Origin: a virus | Taxonomy: Duplodnaviria > Caudoviricetes | DNA length: 55,727 nt | IMG/VR virus record: IMGVR_UViG_3300045999_001046 | Coordinates: 1 to 55,727 of that record | Strand: one strand, 5' to 3' | Shown: positions 37,960-46,607 of the stretch, piece by piece | Layout: every line of letters begins with the position of its first letter | How positions within the stretch are numbered: the first letter of the stretch is position 1 | Translations under genes and position numbers: made by a program | Notes under the pieces: model-generated | The model's input: only the letters and a program-made list of their open reading frames with translations | What the model was told of the DNA's origin: nothing | Databases searched by the model: none

Positions 37960-38214
37960 TCAGCACTTCCAAGCTCTCAAAGATTTGTTAATCCGACTAT
38001 TCGGGTCATTCGCGGTCTTGGCTGAAGTTAACTTCTTCTTCATACCTTTCATCCGCGCACAGAACGAATCTCTACGTGGGCCACCTTCAGGCTGCGGTGC
38101 TTTCAGACCGGGCTTACCCGGATTAGCTGCGTTATAAGAGGCACGCCCCTTGGCGTTCAAGCCGCCCTTGGGGTTCTTACCTTCCTTGCGCTGCCATGCT
38201 GGAGTCTTAGCCAT
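37960..38214 (-). CDS. small basic conserved phage protein (DUF6321-like)
   Basis: AWQRKEGKNPKGGLNAKGR..RRDSFCARM..SLRAWKC. Confidence 0.75.
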   Translation of the reverse strand: MAKTPAWQRKEGKNPKGGLNAKGRASYNAANPGKPGLKAPQPEGGPRRDSFCARMKGMKKKLTSAKTANDPNSRINKSLRAWKC

Positions 38215-38216
38215 GA

Positions 38217-39017
38217 TTAAGTGCTCCCGGCATCGTAGCTGTTAGCCACTACTAACAAAATAAACATGGACGAAACACCATTGTTGTTAGAGCTGCCAAT
38301 CGCTGTCGCCTCAAGTGTGGTTTTTTCTGGGATAGCCAGCGGATACTCAAACACATAGTTTGCCACGCCATTATTGATAGTCGTGACTGCGGCGGTGCGA
38401 CGAATGTTATCAGCGCCACGGGTAAAAAGCCGCCCCTGAACTTGGTTAGAACCGCCTGCTTGACCAGAGGAGAATAGCCCCTGAGAGACATATGCTGTGT
38501 AACCAGCGGGCACCGTCCAACTACCCGTTATTGTGGTGTTGTAGTCAAACTTGATAATGTCGTATGCGGTCGCAGGAACGCCAGCAGTCACAGTACCCGT
38601 GCCGATGTAAATATCACCAGCCGCACTATTTCCAGAACCTGCCGTTAACACATAAGCATAGTTAATCCGAAGCAGCGACGCAGCCATCGTCACAGCCGTT
38701 TGACCATTCAAGACAACAGTTTCTGACACCTCGTTATAGTTGGCGTCCAAACCCTGCACAACAATTGAACGTGCACCGGTGCCATTGCTTGTATCGTTTG
38801 CACTTGTGGAACTGACAGTCATCTGAAGCGCCGAAACCGGGAAAGTAATCAGGCTCGGCAAAGGCCAGACAGTTACTTGAGCTGTGTCTACATCAGGGTT
38901 AAAACCAAACACCGTCACATTGCGGTGAAAGGCAATTTGCCCACGCGAGACTTGCAACTCAAACGGCTCGTACAGGCCTCTCTGAGTTACGGAAGAAACT
39001 TTTCCGTAATTAGCCAT
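38217..39017 (-). CDS. beta-rich virion protein
   Basis: FGFNPDV..SSTSAND..GTGARSIVVQGLDANY; start MANYG overlaps upstream gene. Confidence 0.65.
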   Translation of the reverse strand: MANYGKVSSVTQRGLYEPFELQVSRGQIAFHRNVTVFGFNPDVDTAQVTVWPLPSLITFPVSALQMTVSSTSANDTSNGTGARSIVVQGLDANYNEVSETVVLNGQTAVTMAASLLRINYAYVLTAGSGNSAAGDIYIGTGTVTAGVPATAYDIIKFDYNTTITGSWTVPAGYTAYVSQGLFSSGQAGGSNQVQGRLFTRGADNIRRTAAVTTINNGVANYVFEYPLAIPEKTTLEATAIGSSNNNGVSSMFILLVVANSYDAGST

Positions 39018-39282
39018 AGAACACCACAATGGTTGCCGACGACAGGGTTGCATGGACATCAGTATTAAACTTGATGCCCTCGCCGGGGAACAGTATGTGC
39101 TCTGATCCCGCCGCTGCCGGAGCAGTAAACGAGAACCGCGTAGTACCGCCCGAACCGCCGTCTTTCAAAACAACCGTACCACCACTAGCGTAGCTAACAG
39201 TCACCGCTTTTACACGGGTCGTATCAGCATACGCAGTGTTGGTCGAAGTTACCTGCGCCGATTTAACGTCTGTTTGCATCAT
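39010..39282 (-). CDS. small virion protein
   Basis: SD AAGGAG; PGEGIKF. Confidence 0.7.
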   Translation of the reverse strand: MMQTDVKSAQVTSTNTAYADTTRVKAVTVSYASGGTVVLKDGGSGGTTRFSFTAPAAAGSEHILFPGEGIKFNTDVHATLSSATIVVFYG

Positions 39283-39298
39283 GATGATGCTCCTTTAC

Positions 39299-39748
39299 TT
39301 AGACGTTTTGCTGGCCTACCAGCGGATCAGCAACGAAGTAAGTGATGTAGCCGCCAACAGTACCGCCGCCCGAAGTGTCGTCACGCGAGGTCACGTAAGC
39401 CATTTCGGTTGATGCAGTCAGAGTCAAACCGCTAGTAACCACGCCAGCCGAAGCAACTGACAGGTTGTTAGCGATAGCAGCAGGAGTAGCCGTGCCGGAG
39501 GTGTAGCCGGTTGTACCGAGATCGATAGAACCTGAGCCTGCGTTGTTAATTACAACAGACAGGACAACTGCGCCAGCCGGAAGAATTAGGTTAGGAGCGC
39601 CAGAAGCCGAAGAGACTTTGACGTTACCAGCAGCCGATGCGTCGGCGATGTAGAACTCAGCAGCCATTACGCCCGAACCGCAATATGCAGTACGAGTTTG
39701 ATCGCCGCCACCCGAACGCCAAATACTTTGGGTAGTAGAAAGAGCCAT
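39299..39748 (-). CDS. minor capsid/decoration-like protein
   Basis: SD GAGGG; LPAGAVV..IDLGT; downstream of MCP with own promoter. Confidence 0.6.
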   Translation of the reverse strand: MALSTTQSIWRSGGGDQTRTAYCGSGVMAAEFYIADASAAGNVKVSSASGAPNLILPAGAVVLSVVINNAGSGSIDLGTTGYTSGTATPAAIANNLSVASAGVVTSGLTLTASTEMAYVTSRDDTSGGGTVGGYITYFVADPLVGQQNV

Positions 39749-39754
39749 GTTTTC

Positions 39755-39823
39755 CCTCATGCGGTTAGGTACGTCGATCTGCATGAAGTCAGCCGGGACT
39801 GTTCGACGCACCGGGTAACCCGG
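39755..39823 (-). ncRNA. candidate double-pseudoknot 5' leader RNA
   Basis: 10-bp stem plus two loop pairings (5 and 8 bp), one covering the SD. Confidence 0.45.
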
Positions 39824-39832
39824 ATTAGCGTT

Positions 39833-39861
39833 CTTATACTACTGTGGCAGGGGGGAGTCAA
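39833..39861 (-). promoter_or_regulatory. sigma70-like promoter
   Basis: TTGACT-17 bp-TATAAG on the minus strand. Confidence 0.7.
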
Positions 39862-40429
39862 GCAGCTTATTCGACTTTTTCAGGTTCTCTTCTTGTGTAA
39901 TCACCCGCAGATTCCAAGGCACGTGTAGGCCACAAACTTCGTCAGAAATTAACGGCACTATGTGATCAACCACGTAGCGTTCACCGGTCAGTTTGGTCAA
40001 CTCCATTGCCTGCAAATATAGTTGCCGTATAGCTAATTTTTGTTCTGGAGTAACCCATTTTGGCGTGGCTGCACGATGGCGGCGCTTACGAACGCTAACA
40101 AGTGCTTTGTAAAGTTCCGGATTAGCTTCCTTGTACTTACGTTTATATTGAGTAACTTCGTTTTTCGGGCGAGCGTTTGCACGGGCTTTGACAGCTTCTC
40201 TATTTTTCTCGTAGTACCGCTTGCCAGCCGCCTTAGATGCTTCTGATTTGGGCTTCTCACTGCGCTTCTTGTTGTCCAGCGCCCAGTCTTCTTTCATGCA
40301 TTCTACGCATGAACCTTTAGTCTTCCGTATGGTTACATGCCCACGTACGCATGGTTGCCCCGTGTAATAGTACTTGGCACCTGTGGCTTTGGCGGTAGCC
40401 CGGTCGGTAGGATACTCCGAGTAGTCCAT
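39839..40429 (-). CDS. HNH homing endonuclease
   Basis: YYTGQPCVRGH..CVEC, YVVDHIVPL..CGLHVPWNL..ENLKKSN; SD AGGAGG. Confidence 0.9.
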   Translation of the reverse strand: MDYSEYPTDRATAKATGAKYYYTGQPCVRGHVTIRKTKGSCVECMKEDWALDNKKRSEKPKSEASKAAGKRYYEKNREAVKARANARPKNEVTQYKRKYKEANPELYKALVSVRKRRHRAATPKWVTPEQKLAIRQLYLQAMELTKLTGERYVVDHIVPLISDEVCGLHVPWNLRVITQEENLKKSNKLLDSPLPQ

Positions 40430-40475
40430 ATCATCCTCCTGTTATATGACACGAGTAATGATAATCGAACTTCAG

Positions 40476-40505
40476 AAAAAGAACAAGGGGGCCGAAGCCC
40501 CCTTG
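40476..40505 (-). terminator. Rho-independent terminator after the major capsid gene
   Basis: CAAGGGGGC-TTCG-GCCCCCTTG then TTCTTTTT (minus strand). Confidence 0.85.
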
Positions 40506-40526
40506 AAAACCCGCATAAATACTAGC

Positions 40527-41441
40527 TTATGCGCCTTGCGATCCGTACATCCCAAGCGGGTCACTCCAGCCAAAGCTGTAGCGCTCACGTGCTTTGTAAC
40601 GAACGTTCCCTGTATCAAAATCCCCGTCCATTGACTGGGCCAGTGGGGTACGAACAAAGTGCTTCATACCGTTAGGAACGTCGGTGGTCAGGAACCATGC
40701 GTTCGTATCGGTCAAGAAGTGATTGATCGTGTAGCCCTCTGGGATCGAGCCGTTGTTCTTCAGGGCGTTGATGTCGTTGTCATTGGTGCCGACGCGGAGT
40801 TCGGTTTCCAACAGACGAGTAGCAACGAACTGGAGAGCAGGAGGAACGATCAGCTTACGTGGCTTAGCTGCGATCAGCAGGCCGCGTTCGTCAGTCCAAG
40901 CAGCGATCTGGATCACTGCGTTTTCCAACGAGGTTTCGTTCAGGTCAGCAGGTGTCGAAGGGATATTCGAGTTAGTGCCGCCGGAAACGAGTGGGTGAGA
41001 AGCCGAGAACAGAGGCACGCCGTCGCCGCCGTAGTACTGAGCGGAGTTGGTGAAGCCGTTGTTCAGGACCGATGCTGCTTTGACCTGCTTGGTGTAGGCC
41101 ATAGCACGAGCCAGCGCCTTGGTATAACGAGCCGACAGGCTGTCATACAGGTTATCTTCGATGGCCTCTTCGGTCAGCGAGAAACCCAGTGCGATGGTTT
41201 CGTGGTTGTATCGAGCAGTCCAAGCTTCCTGACCGTTGTCGTACGCGATTGCAGAACCTTCGTTCTTCACCGGTGCGGCACTGAAGCCAGACAGTTTGGT
41301 TTCTTCTTCGAACGAACGCTCGGAAGTCTCGGTCTCGTAGATTTCCTTGTGCTCTTCGCCGTAGCGAGCGTACTCCATGCCGAACAAGGCGTTCAGGCCG
41401 GGGAGCAGCTCTTTCAGTAGTTGTGCGCGTGAAATAGCCAT
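40527..41441 (-). CDS. major capsid protein (HK97 fold)
   Basis: MAISRAQLLKELLPGLN..KPRKLIVPPAL..RYKARERYSFG; biased codons; followed by terminator. Confidence 0.88.
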   Translation of the reverse strand: MAISRAQLLKELLPGLNALFGMEYARYGEEHKEIYETETSERSFEEETKLSGFSAAPVKNEGSAIAYDNGQEAWTARYNHETIALGFSLTEEAIEDNLYDSLSARYTKALARAMAYTKQVKAASVLNNGFTNSAQYYGGDGVPLFSASHPLVSGGTNSNIPSTPADLNETSLENAVIQIAAWTDERGLLIAAKPRKLIVPPALQFVATRLLETELRVGTNDNDINALKNNGSIPEGYTINHFLTDTNAWFLTTDVPNGMKHFVRTPLAQSMDGDFDTGNVRYKARERYSFGWSDPLGMYGSQGA

Positions 41442-41453
41442 GATTTAGCTCCC

Positions 41454-42125
41454 TTATACGTTGGCAGTGCCGGTCGGGTTGTAATACGAATGACCGCCGT
41501 TATACGCCACGACGTTAGGTGCACCTTCCGTCAGAGTGATATACGGCATGTTCCATTTGACGATAACTTCACTGTAGTTACCGCTTGCATCGATAGTCTC
41601 TTCAACCAGACCAACGACACGGAATGGCAGCGTAAACGCTGTATTCGAGCCAGAATCGTAAGCACCGATATTCGAGTTACCCGAAATAGTGGTGTTAGTC
41701 GAAGGCTGCGAAATAGCCATGTTGTTACCCAGAATGGTGTTGTCAATCGGGGTGATGGTGGTCGAAGTTGCACCGCCAGTCACAGCGACTTTAAACAACG
41801 CATCAGGATCGTCAACAACGTACGCCAGAATGTCAGACGCAACAATGCTGCCCGGATAGTAGTTAGAGAACAACTTCTGACCGGTAGACGGGTTTGTATA
41901 AGACACGCCAACAAATACACCAACAACACCGGTCGCCGAGACAGTCGTAGTGCCAGTCTCTTTGACGATGAAGCCGGACGATAGGCGAACAATGTCGCCA
42001 TTGTAGATAGCACCAGCAGTATTGCTGGCAATCGGGAGTTCACGAGTTTGGCCCGCGAACACCTGACCGCCGATCAAATTGATCGGTTTTAGCCCGTAGG
42101 GGGCATTTACAGTCGGATAAGCCAT
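41454..42125 (-). CDS. capsid cement/decoration protein
   Basis: PYGLKP..GVVGVFVG..VVDDPD; immediately upstream of MCP. Confidence 0.6.
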   Translation of the reverse strand: MAYPTVNAPYGLKPINLIGGQVFAGQTRELPIASNTAGAIYNGDIVRLSSGFIVKETGTTTVSATGVVGVFVGVSYTNPSTGQKLFSNYYPGSIVASDILAYVVDDPDALFKVAVTGGATSTTITPIDNTILGNNMAISQPSTNTTISGNSNIGAYDSGSNTAFTLPFRVVGLVEETIDASGNYSEVIVKWNMPYITLTEGAPNVVAYNGGHSYYNPTGTANV

Positions 42126-42146
42126 GTTTAGCTCCAAAGTTAAAAA

Positions 42147-42596
42147 TTAACCACCTTTACCAAACGACGTAGAAGACTTCTTCTCAGAGAAAAGAGGCAT
42201 TCTTGGGTCGTTTTGGCGCATCAGGCTGTTATCCACCGACTCCATCTGCCCTTCGGACTGTTGCTGATAGTAGCCATTACGCTGGTCCACCAGCTCCTGC
42301 GGAGTCTTGCAAAGTAACAACCCACCGACCTCGATGTTGTCCTTAAAGCGACTACCCGGATCGATTAGCAGTTGAAATTTTGGTTGCTCTTCGATTTTGA
42401 CTGGCTCCCAGCCTTCACGCAGTTTTGCGGAAAGGTTACGTGGGTCAGCGTTGTTCAAAGTCGAAACGCGAATCCATCTGTACGCGAAACCGGGTTGCTT
42501 ATCTGGTTCAGGGAGAAGCTCAGGTGGAGTCCACTGCTTGGGACGTTCCTGCACGGCACGAGTTTCAAGTTCACGGGTAAGTTTGTTTTCAGCCAT
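42147..42596 (-). CDS. conserved head-module protein
   Basis: GFAYRWIR..LREGWEPV..VGGLLLCK. Confidence 0.75.
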   Translation of the reverse strand: MAENKLTRELETRAVQERPKQWTPPELLPEPDKQPGFAYRWIRVSTLNNADPRNLSAKLREGWEPVKIEEQPKFQLLIDPGSRFKDNIEVGGLLLCKTPQELVDQRNGYYQQQSEGQMESVDNSLMRQNDPRMPLFSEKKSSTSFGKGG

Positions 42597-43542
42597 TGTT
42601 GGCCTCCATTCTCATAAGTTCACGGGCGTATTGCTCAGGGCTGAGACCCAGCCGTTTGGCAATGTTCAACTGCGACTGCTTCAGCGTTATCTTTTTGGAT
42701 GACGTGCTGCGGGTTGCAGGTGCAACGACCGTGGACGGCTTTTCTGTGCGCGAGACAGGTTTAGATTCCTGCTGCGTAGAATCTTGGAAGTAGTCCGGGA
42801 AGCGTTGACGCATGGTTCCGTCAATCTTCTGCCAGTATTCGTCGGTGGACGTGTACTGATTTCCGTACTGTTTGACTAGCTTTTGGTGTAGCCCAAGTGC
42901 AAGACTAGTCATCTCCTCGTCTTGACCGAACCAAGTATTGCGCTCTTGCCACGCAACTGCCCTTGGGTCAGGACGAGCCACTGGGACTTCTGGAGTGCTT
43001 TGTACCTCTTTTTCGTCAAATTGTAAAGAAGGCACGTATTCTTTTGCCTTTTGCAATTTGAACTGCGCAGAATTCAACCGTTCTTGCGCTTCTATTAACT
43101 TATCTGTATCCCCGGCATCGTAAGCTTCCCGGTACGCCCGTTTGGCGGAATCCAACTCCAACTCCGCAGCGGACTGATAAGTCTCAATGTACGACTTTTC
43201 ACCAGCAGAAAGCTTCTCTTTAAGGGCGCGGTTCTCCTCAAGTATCCTTTTTGCTAACTCTTCCGCAGCCTGCCGCTCGCGAAGGGCTTGATCTTTCTCC
43301 CGGCGCTCGTCGTGATACACCTTTTTCATCTGCTTGAGGCGGATTTTGACTTTCTCGGAGTAATCCTCCAGTTCATCCCGCTCAAGCTCGTCAACAATCT
43401 CTTTGGGTAGGGGGGCTCGACCACGATCCTCTTCAGGAGTGTCGTCTTCTATTTCAAGCTGGAAATCATCTTTCTCGACTTCCACCTTGCCGCCCTGCTT
43501 GGCTTCCTTTTCATCCGGAAACTCAAATTCAACTTTATCCAT
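42589..43542 (-). CDS. capsid scaffolding protein
   Basis: Acidic coiled coil, C-terminal IAKRLGLSPEQYA; between portal and MCP. Confidence 0.65.
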   Translation of the reverse strand: MDKVEFEFPDEKEAKQGGKVEVEKDDFQLEIEDDTPEEDRGRAPLPKEIVDELERDELEDYSEKVKIRLKQMKKVYHDERREKDQALRERQAAEELAKRILEENRALKEKLSAGEKSYIETYQSAAELELDSAKRAYREAYDAGDTDKLIEAQERLNSAQFKLQKAKEYVPSLQFDEKEVQSTPEVPVARPDPRAVAWQERNTWFGQDEEMTSLALGLHQKLVKQYGNQYTSTDEYWQKIDGTMRQRFPDYFQDSTQQESKPVSRTEKPSTVVAPATRSTSSKKITLKQSQLNIAKRLGLSPEQYARELMRMEANNG

Positions 43543-43552
43543 TCACTTCTCC

Positions 43553-43945
43553 TTATGCGCGACGAATGCCACGGGGGTCTTGAACAACAGCTTCCACTGT
43601 GTCGTCGTTGATCATGCGGAACTCTTTGCCGTGAATCTTTAGGCGGGTGCCGCTATTAGGACGAGCCAAAATGAAGTCCCCCGGCTTACACCACGGGCCA
43701 CTTGGGAAACGCTTTTCGTCTTTGTAGCAATCCGGACCTAGCGATACGACAAAAAACACCGTAGCTAGTACTTCTTCAAAATGACGAGTTTGGTCTGCTT
43801 TAATCAGCCCGCTCTCATACGAATCCTCAATTTCCGGCAACGCAACGAGGATGTGATACCCCGAAGGTTGTGGCAATTGTTTGGCTTTCTCTTCTGCTGT
43901 CTGTGGTACTTCACCGCTTTCTGTAGCGATCAGTATTTCACTCAT
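43553..43945 (-). CDS. GroES/Cpn10-like co-chaperonin
   Basis: PSGYHILV..SGLI..VVSLGPD..KPGDFIL..GKEFRMINDDTVEAVV. Confidence 0.8.
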   Translation of the reverse strand: MSEILIATESGEVPQTAEEKAKQLPQPSGYHILVALPEIEDSYESGLIKADQTRHFEEVLATVFFVVSLGPDCYKDEKRFPSGPWCKPGDFILARPNSGTRLKIHGKEFRMINDDTVEAVVQDPRGIRRA

Positions 43946-44132
43946 CGTTGTAACGCTCCATTTGGTCTGCAAGGTCCAAGATAAAACCTTCTGCGATGGA
44001 TAGACCTCGGATCTCCCCGCAGATTGCGCGGTACTCTGCGTAATCCTTCATCGTGCCCTCACTTACGGCATGCGCAAGTTGAGCTTGTTTGTCGTTAATA
44101 CGTTCCTTGATAATCTCCAGTGTTTTGTCCAC
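43938..44132 (-). CDS. small helical protein downstream of portal
   Basis: SD AAGGAG + GTG; DYAEYRAICGEIRGL. Confidence 0.7.
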   Translation of the reverse strand: MDKTLEIIKERINDKQAQLAHAVSEGTMKDYAEYRAICGEIRGLSIAEGFILDLADQMERYNDE

Positions 44133-44135
44133 TGA

Positions 44136-46598
44136 TTACTCCTTTTTAGGTTTAACTGCCCTCTGTTGCATTTCTGTTCGCGACCGAGCAATATCGATAC
44201 CCATACGCATACCAGCTTCCTCTTGTCGAGCGGCAAGTTCTGCTTTGTCTTTGGCGGTTTTGGCACCAACCTGCATACCTGCAATCTCTTTTTGAGCGGC
44301 GATGCGTTCTTCTTCAACGCGGATTCTGTCCGCCTGCGCTGCTGCATCAATCTGAAGTTTTTGCTTCTTGATCTCAACTTCTTGCGCTTTGATCTGAAGC
44401 TCCTGCTGTTGCATCTGAACGATTGGATCTTGCGCAGCTTGTTGAGCCTGCTGTTGTGCAGCTTCGGCCTGATCTTTCTGTAACAGTTTGCCCGCAGCCA
44501 TCGCCATCATGCGGCTAACTTCAACCTCCATCTCCTCCGGAATAGTCTCGCCATCTTCGTAGTCAGGAATATCCAGTGGCACACCCAACTGCTCTTCGAT
44601 TTGTTTGCGGTACTCGAACGCAACGTGTTCGGCAATATGAGCTTGCATCGCCGCCATAATCATCGGAGCCTGCGGGTTCTGCCCAACTAGCTGTGCAATC
44701 TTCGGGTCTTGCATTGCCGCTACATGCACTTGTATATGGGCTTCATGATCCTGATACAGGAACGCCTTGACCGGCTTCATGTTTAGGATCGCCATGTTCT
44801 CCGACACCGGGTCTTTTGGCTTCTGATCTTCCGAAGCGGGGACAAGCTTGTGGATGTTCTTAATACCCAAGACCTCCAACATCTGCTTGTTCAGCTCGAC
44901 CATGTCGTAGATTTGCGGGTTAGCCTGAGCCATCTGCATGACCGCTTGATACTGCACGACCTTCTGGCTCATCGTCGCAGCGTTCGGATCACTGACCGGG
45001 ATCACATCGACGTTCTCGTAGTCTTGCTGACGTGCGCGACGTGGGCCTTCTTCCGGCTCGTAGCTGTACTCAGTCGGGGCATAAGCAGCAATGATGTGCT
45101 TTAGAAGCTTGAACTCCTGCTTCATTGCAAAGTGAATGCGGGCCTGAACAGCCGACATCACTTTTAGCTGACGCTCCAACAACGCTAGTGTCGTTCCAAC
45201 AGGAGCCTGTGCCGACATGTCGGACACTTGTAGATCAGCAGCGGCTGCGAAGCGACGACCCTCATCCACGATCTGGTCCATCAACTGCTTCAAGACCAGC
45301 GACGGCTCCTTGTATGGGAGCATCATGATGTTGTCGCGAATAGTGCCCGACGCTACATCGACATCACGGAACTCACCCGGAGCGATAGGCGTATCGTCTC
45401 CTTTAGTGCGCATGCCTTTAGTCTTCAGACCGCCCGGCAAGTTAGACAGCGTACCCGAGTCAACCAACTGACGCAGGATAGAAGTGCCGCTCTTGGCGTA
45501 CGCGCCGATTAAGTGGATCAGGCCAAAGTAGTAGAAGCCAAAGCCGGGGATGTAGCCGTAGTGGACGAAGTGCGTGCGCTTTTGTTTGGTGTCGTCATCC
45601 GGCTCGTAGTTGCGGCGGATCGCCAATATAGTTTTAGTGCCCTTCTCGATAGTGACGATGTACGGCAACGCGATGCCATCAGGGTCTTCGTAGCCTTTGA
45701 GGTTCAGGTTGACCTGCATCTCAAGCAGCTTGTAGCGGTCATCCGCAGTAGCGCGGAAGCCCATCTTCTCTGCGATCTTCTTCTCTACATCATCTAGTGC
45801 GTTGACCGGATCACCCAAGTCAACATCACGATAGAAGCCGCCTACCATGAGTTTCTTTAGCTCATTCTCGGTCTTACGCATCACGTGGGTTACACGAGGT
45901 GCGTTTTGCAAGTTCTCTGAGCCATAAGGCACCACCACATCTTCAGCCGGGACGAAGATAGAGACTTGACGTTCCAACGATGGGTCGTAGTACACCTTCT
46001 TAAACGCATTACCTGACAGACCCAAGCCCCACAGCATGCGCTCATGCTCACTGCGATATTCAGTCATCACTTCCGTGAGCTGATAGTTCATATCATTTTG
46101 AACCCTCTCGGCAGCTTCCTTCTTCGCTGTGGTCTCCTTTCCAATGATCTGCGTCTTAACCGGGCCACTCGCCGGGAAAGTCGCCATAATCGTCTCGGAT
46201 TGGAACTTAACCAGAGCTTCTGATAAAAGGGGATGGTAAACACCACAGGCTCCTTCCCAAGGTTCACTGCGCTCTTCGAGCTTCATACCCAATAGCTCAA
46301 GGCCATCGACGTAGGTCTGCATCCAGTCTTTGCGACTAGCTACGTCATCCTCGTAGTCACTAATGAGTTCGCCTGCCAGACTCTCCAGCTCGTCCTCATC
46401 GATGTACTCAGCAAGGTTAGCGTTGAAGTCATCTGAAGTTTCTCTACCCGGCTCAAGCTCAATCTCTAGGTCGCCCATGCCAATAGTCACTGACTCTGGG
46501 TCCTCGATCTCAATCTCCAGCACGGGCTCGTCCATCACACCTGCGTCCATACCGCCAAGTCCTAGCGGTGCGCGGTTCAATGCTTTGTCGATTGCCAT
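44136..46598 (-). CDS. portal protein (podovirus type)
   Basis: 820 aa directly after TerL; GNAFKKVYYD, GFGFYYFG, Gln-rich C-terminal coiled coil. Confidence 0.85.
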   Translation of the reverse strand: MAIDKALNRAPLGLGGMDAGVMDEPVLEIEIEDPESVTIGMGDLEIELEPGRETSDDFNANLAEYIDEDELESLAGELISDYEDDVASRKDWMQTYVDGLELLGMKLEERSEPWEGACGVYHPLLSEALVKFQSETIMATFPASGPVKTQIIGKETTAKKEAAERVQNDMNYQLTEVMTEYRSEHERMLWGLGLSGNAFKKVYYDPSLERQVSIFVPAEDVVVPYGSENLQNAPRVTHVMRKTENELKKLMVGGFYRDVDLGDPVNALDDVEKKIAEKMGFRATADDRYKLLEMQVNLNLKGYEDPDGIALPYIVTIEKGTKTILAIRRNYEPDDDTKQKRTHFVHYGYIPGFGFYYFGLIHLIGAYAKSGTSILRQLVDSGTLSNLPGGLKTKGMRTKGDDTPIAPGEFRDVDVASGTIRDNIMMLPYKEPSLVLKQLMDQIVDEGRRFAAAADLQVSDMSAQAPVGTTLALLERQLKVMSAVQARIHFAMKQEFKLLKHIIAAYAPTEYSYEPEEGPRRARQQDYENVDVIPVSDPNAATMSQKVVQYQAVMQMAQANPQIYDMVELNKQMLEVLGIKNIHKLVPASEDQKPKDPVSENMAILNMKPVKAFLYQDHEAHIQVHVAAMQDPKIAQLVGQNPQAPMIMAAMQAHIAEHVAFEYRKQIEEQLGVPLDIPDYEDGETIPEEMEVEVSRMMAMAAGKLLQKDQAEAAQQQAQQAAQDPIVQMQQQELQIKAQEVEIKKQKLQIDAAAQADRIRVEEERIAAQKEIAGMQVGAKTAKDKAELAARQEEAGMRMGIDIARSRTEMQQRAVKPKKE

Positions 46599-46607
46599 AA
46601 TCTATCC

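Noticed and set aside
39749-39826. Assignment to HDV-like ribozyme or SAM/preQ1 riboswitch
   Set aside because: I could not match the conserved catalytic or ligand-binding nucleotides by eye; left as an unnamed structure.
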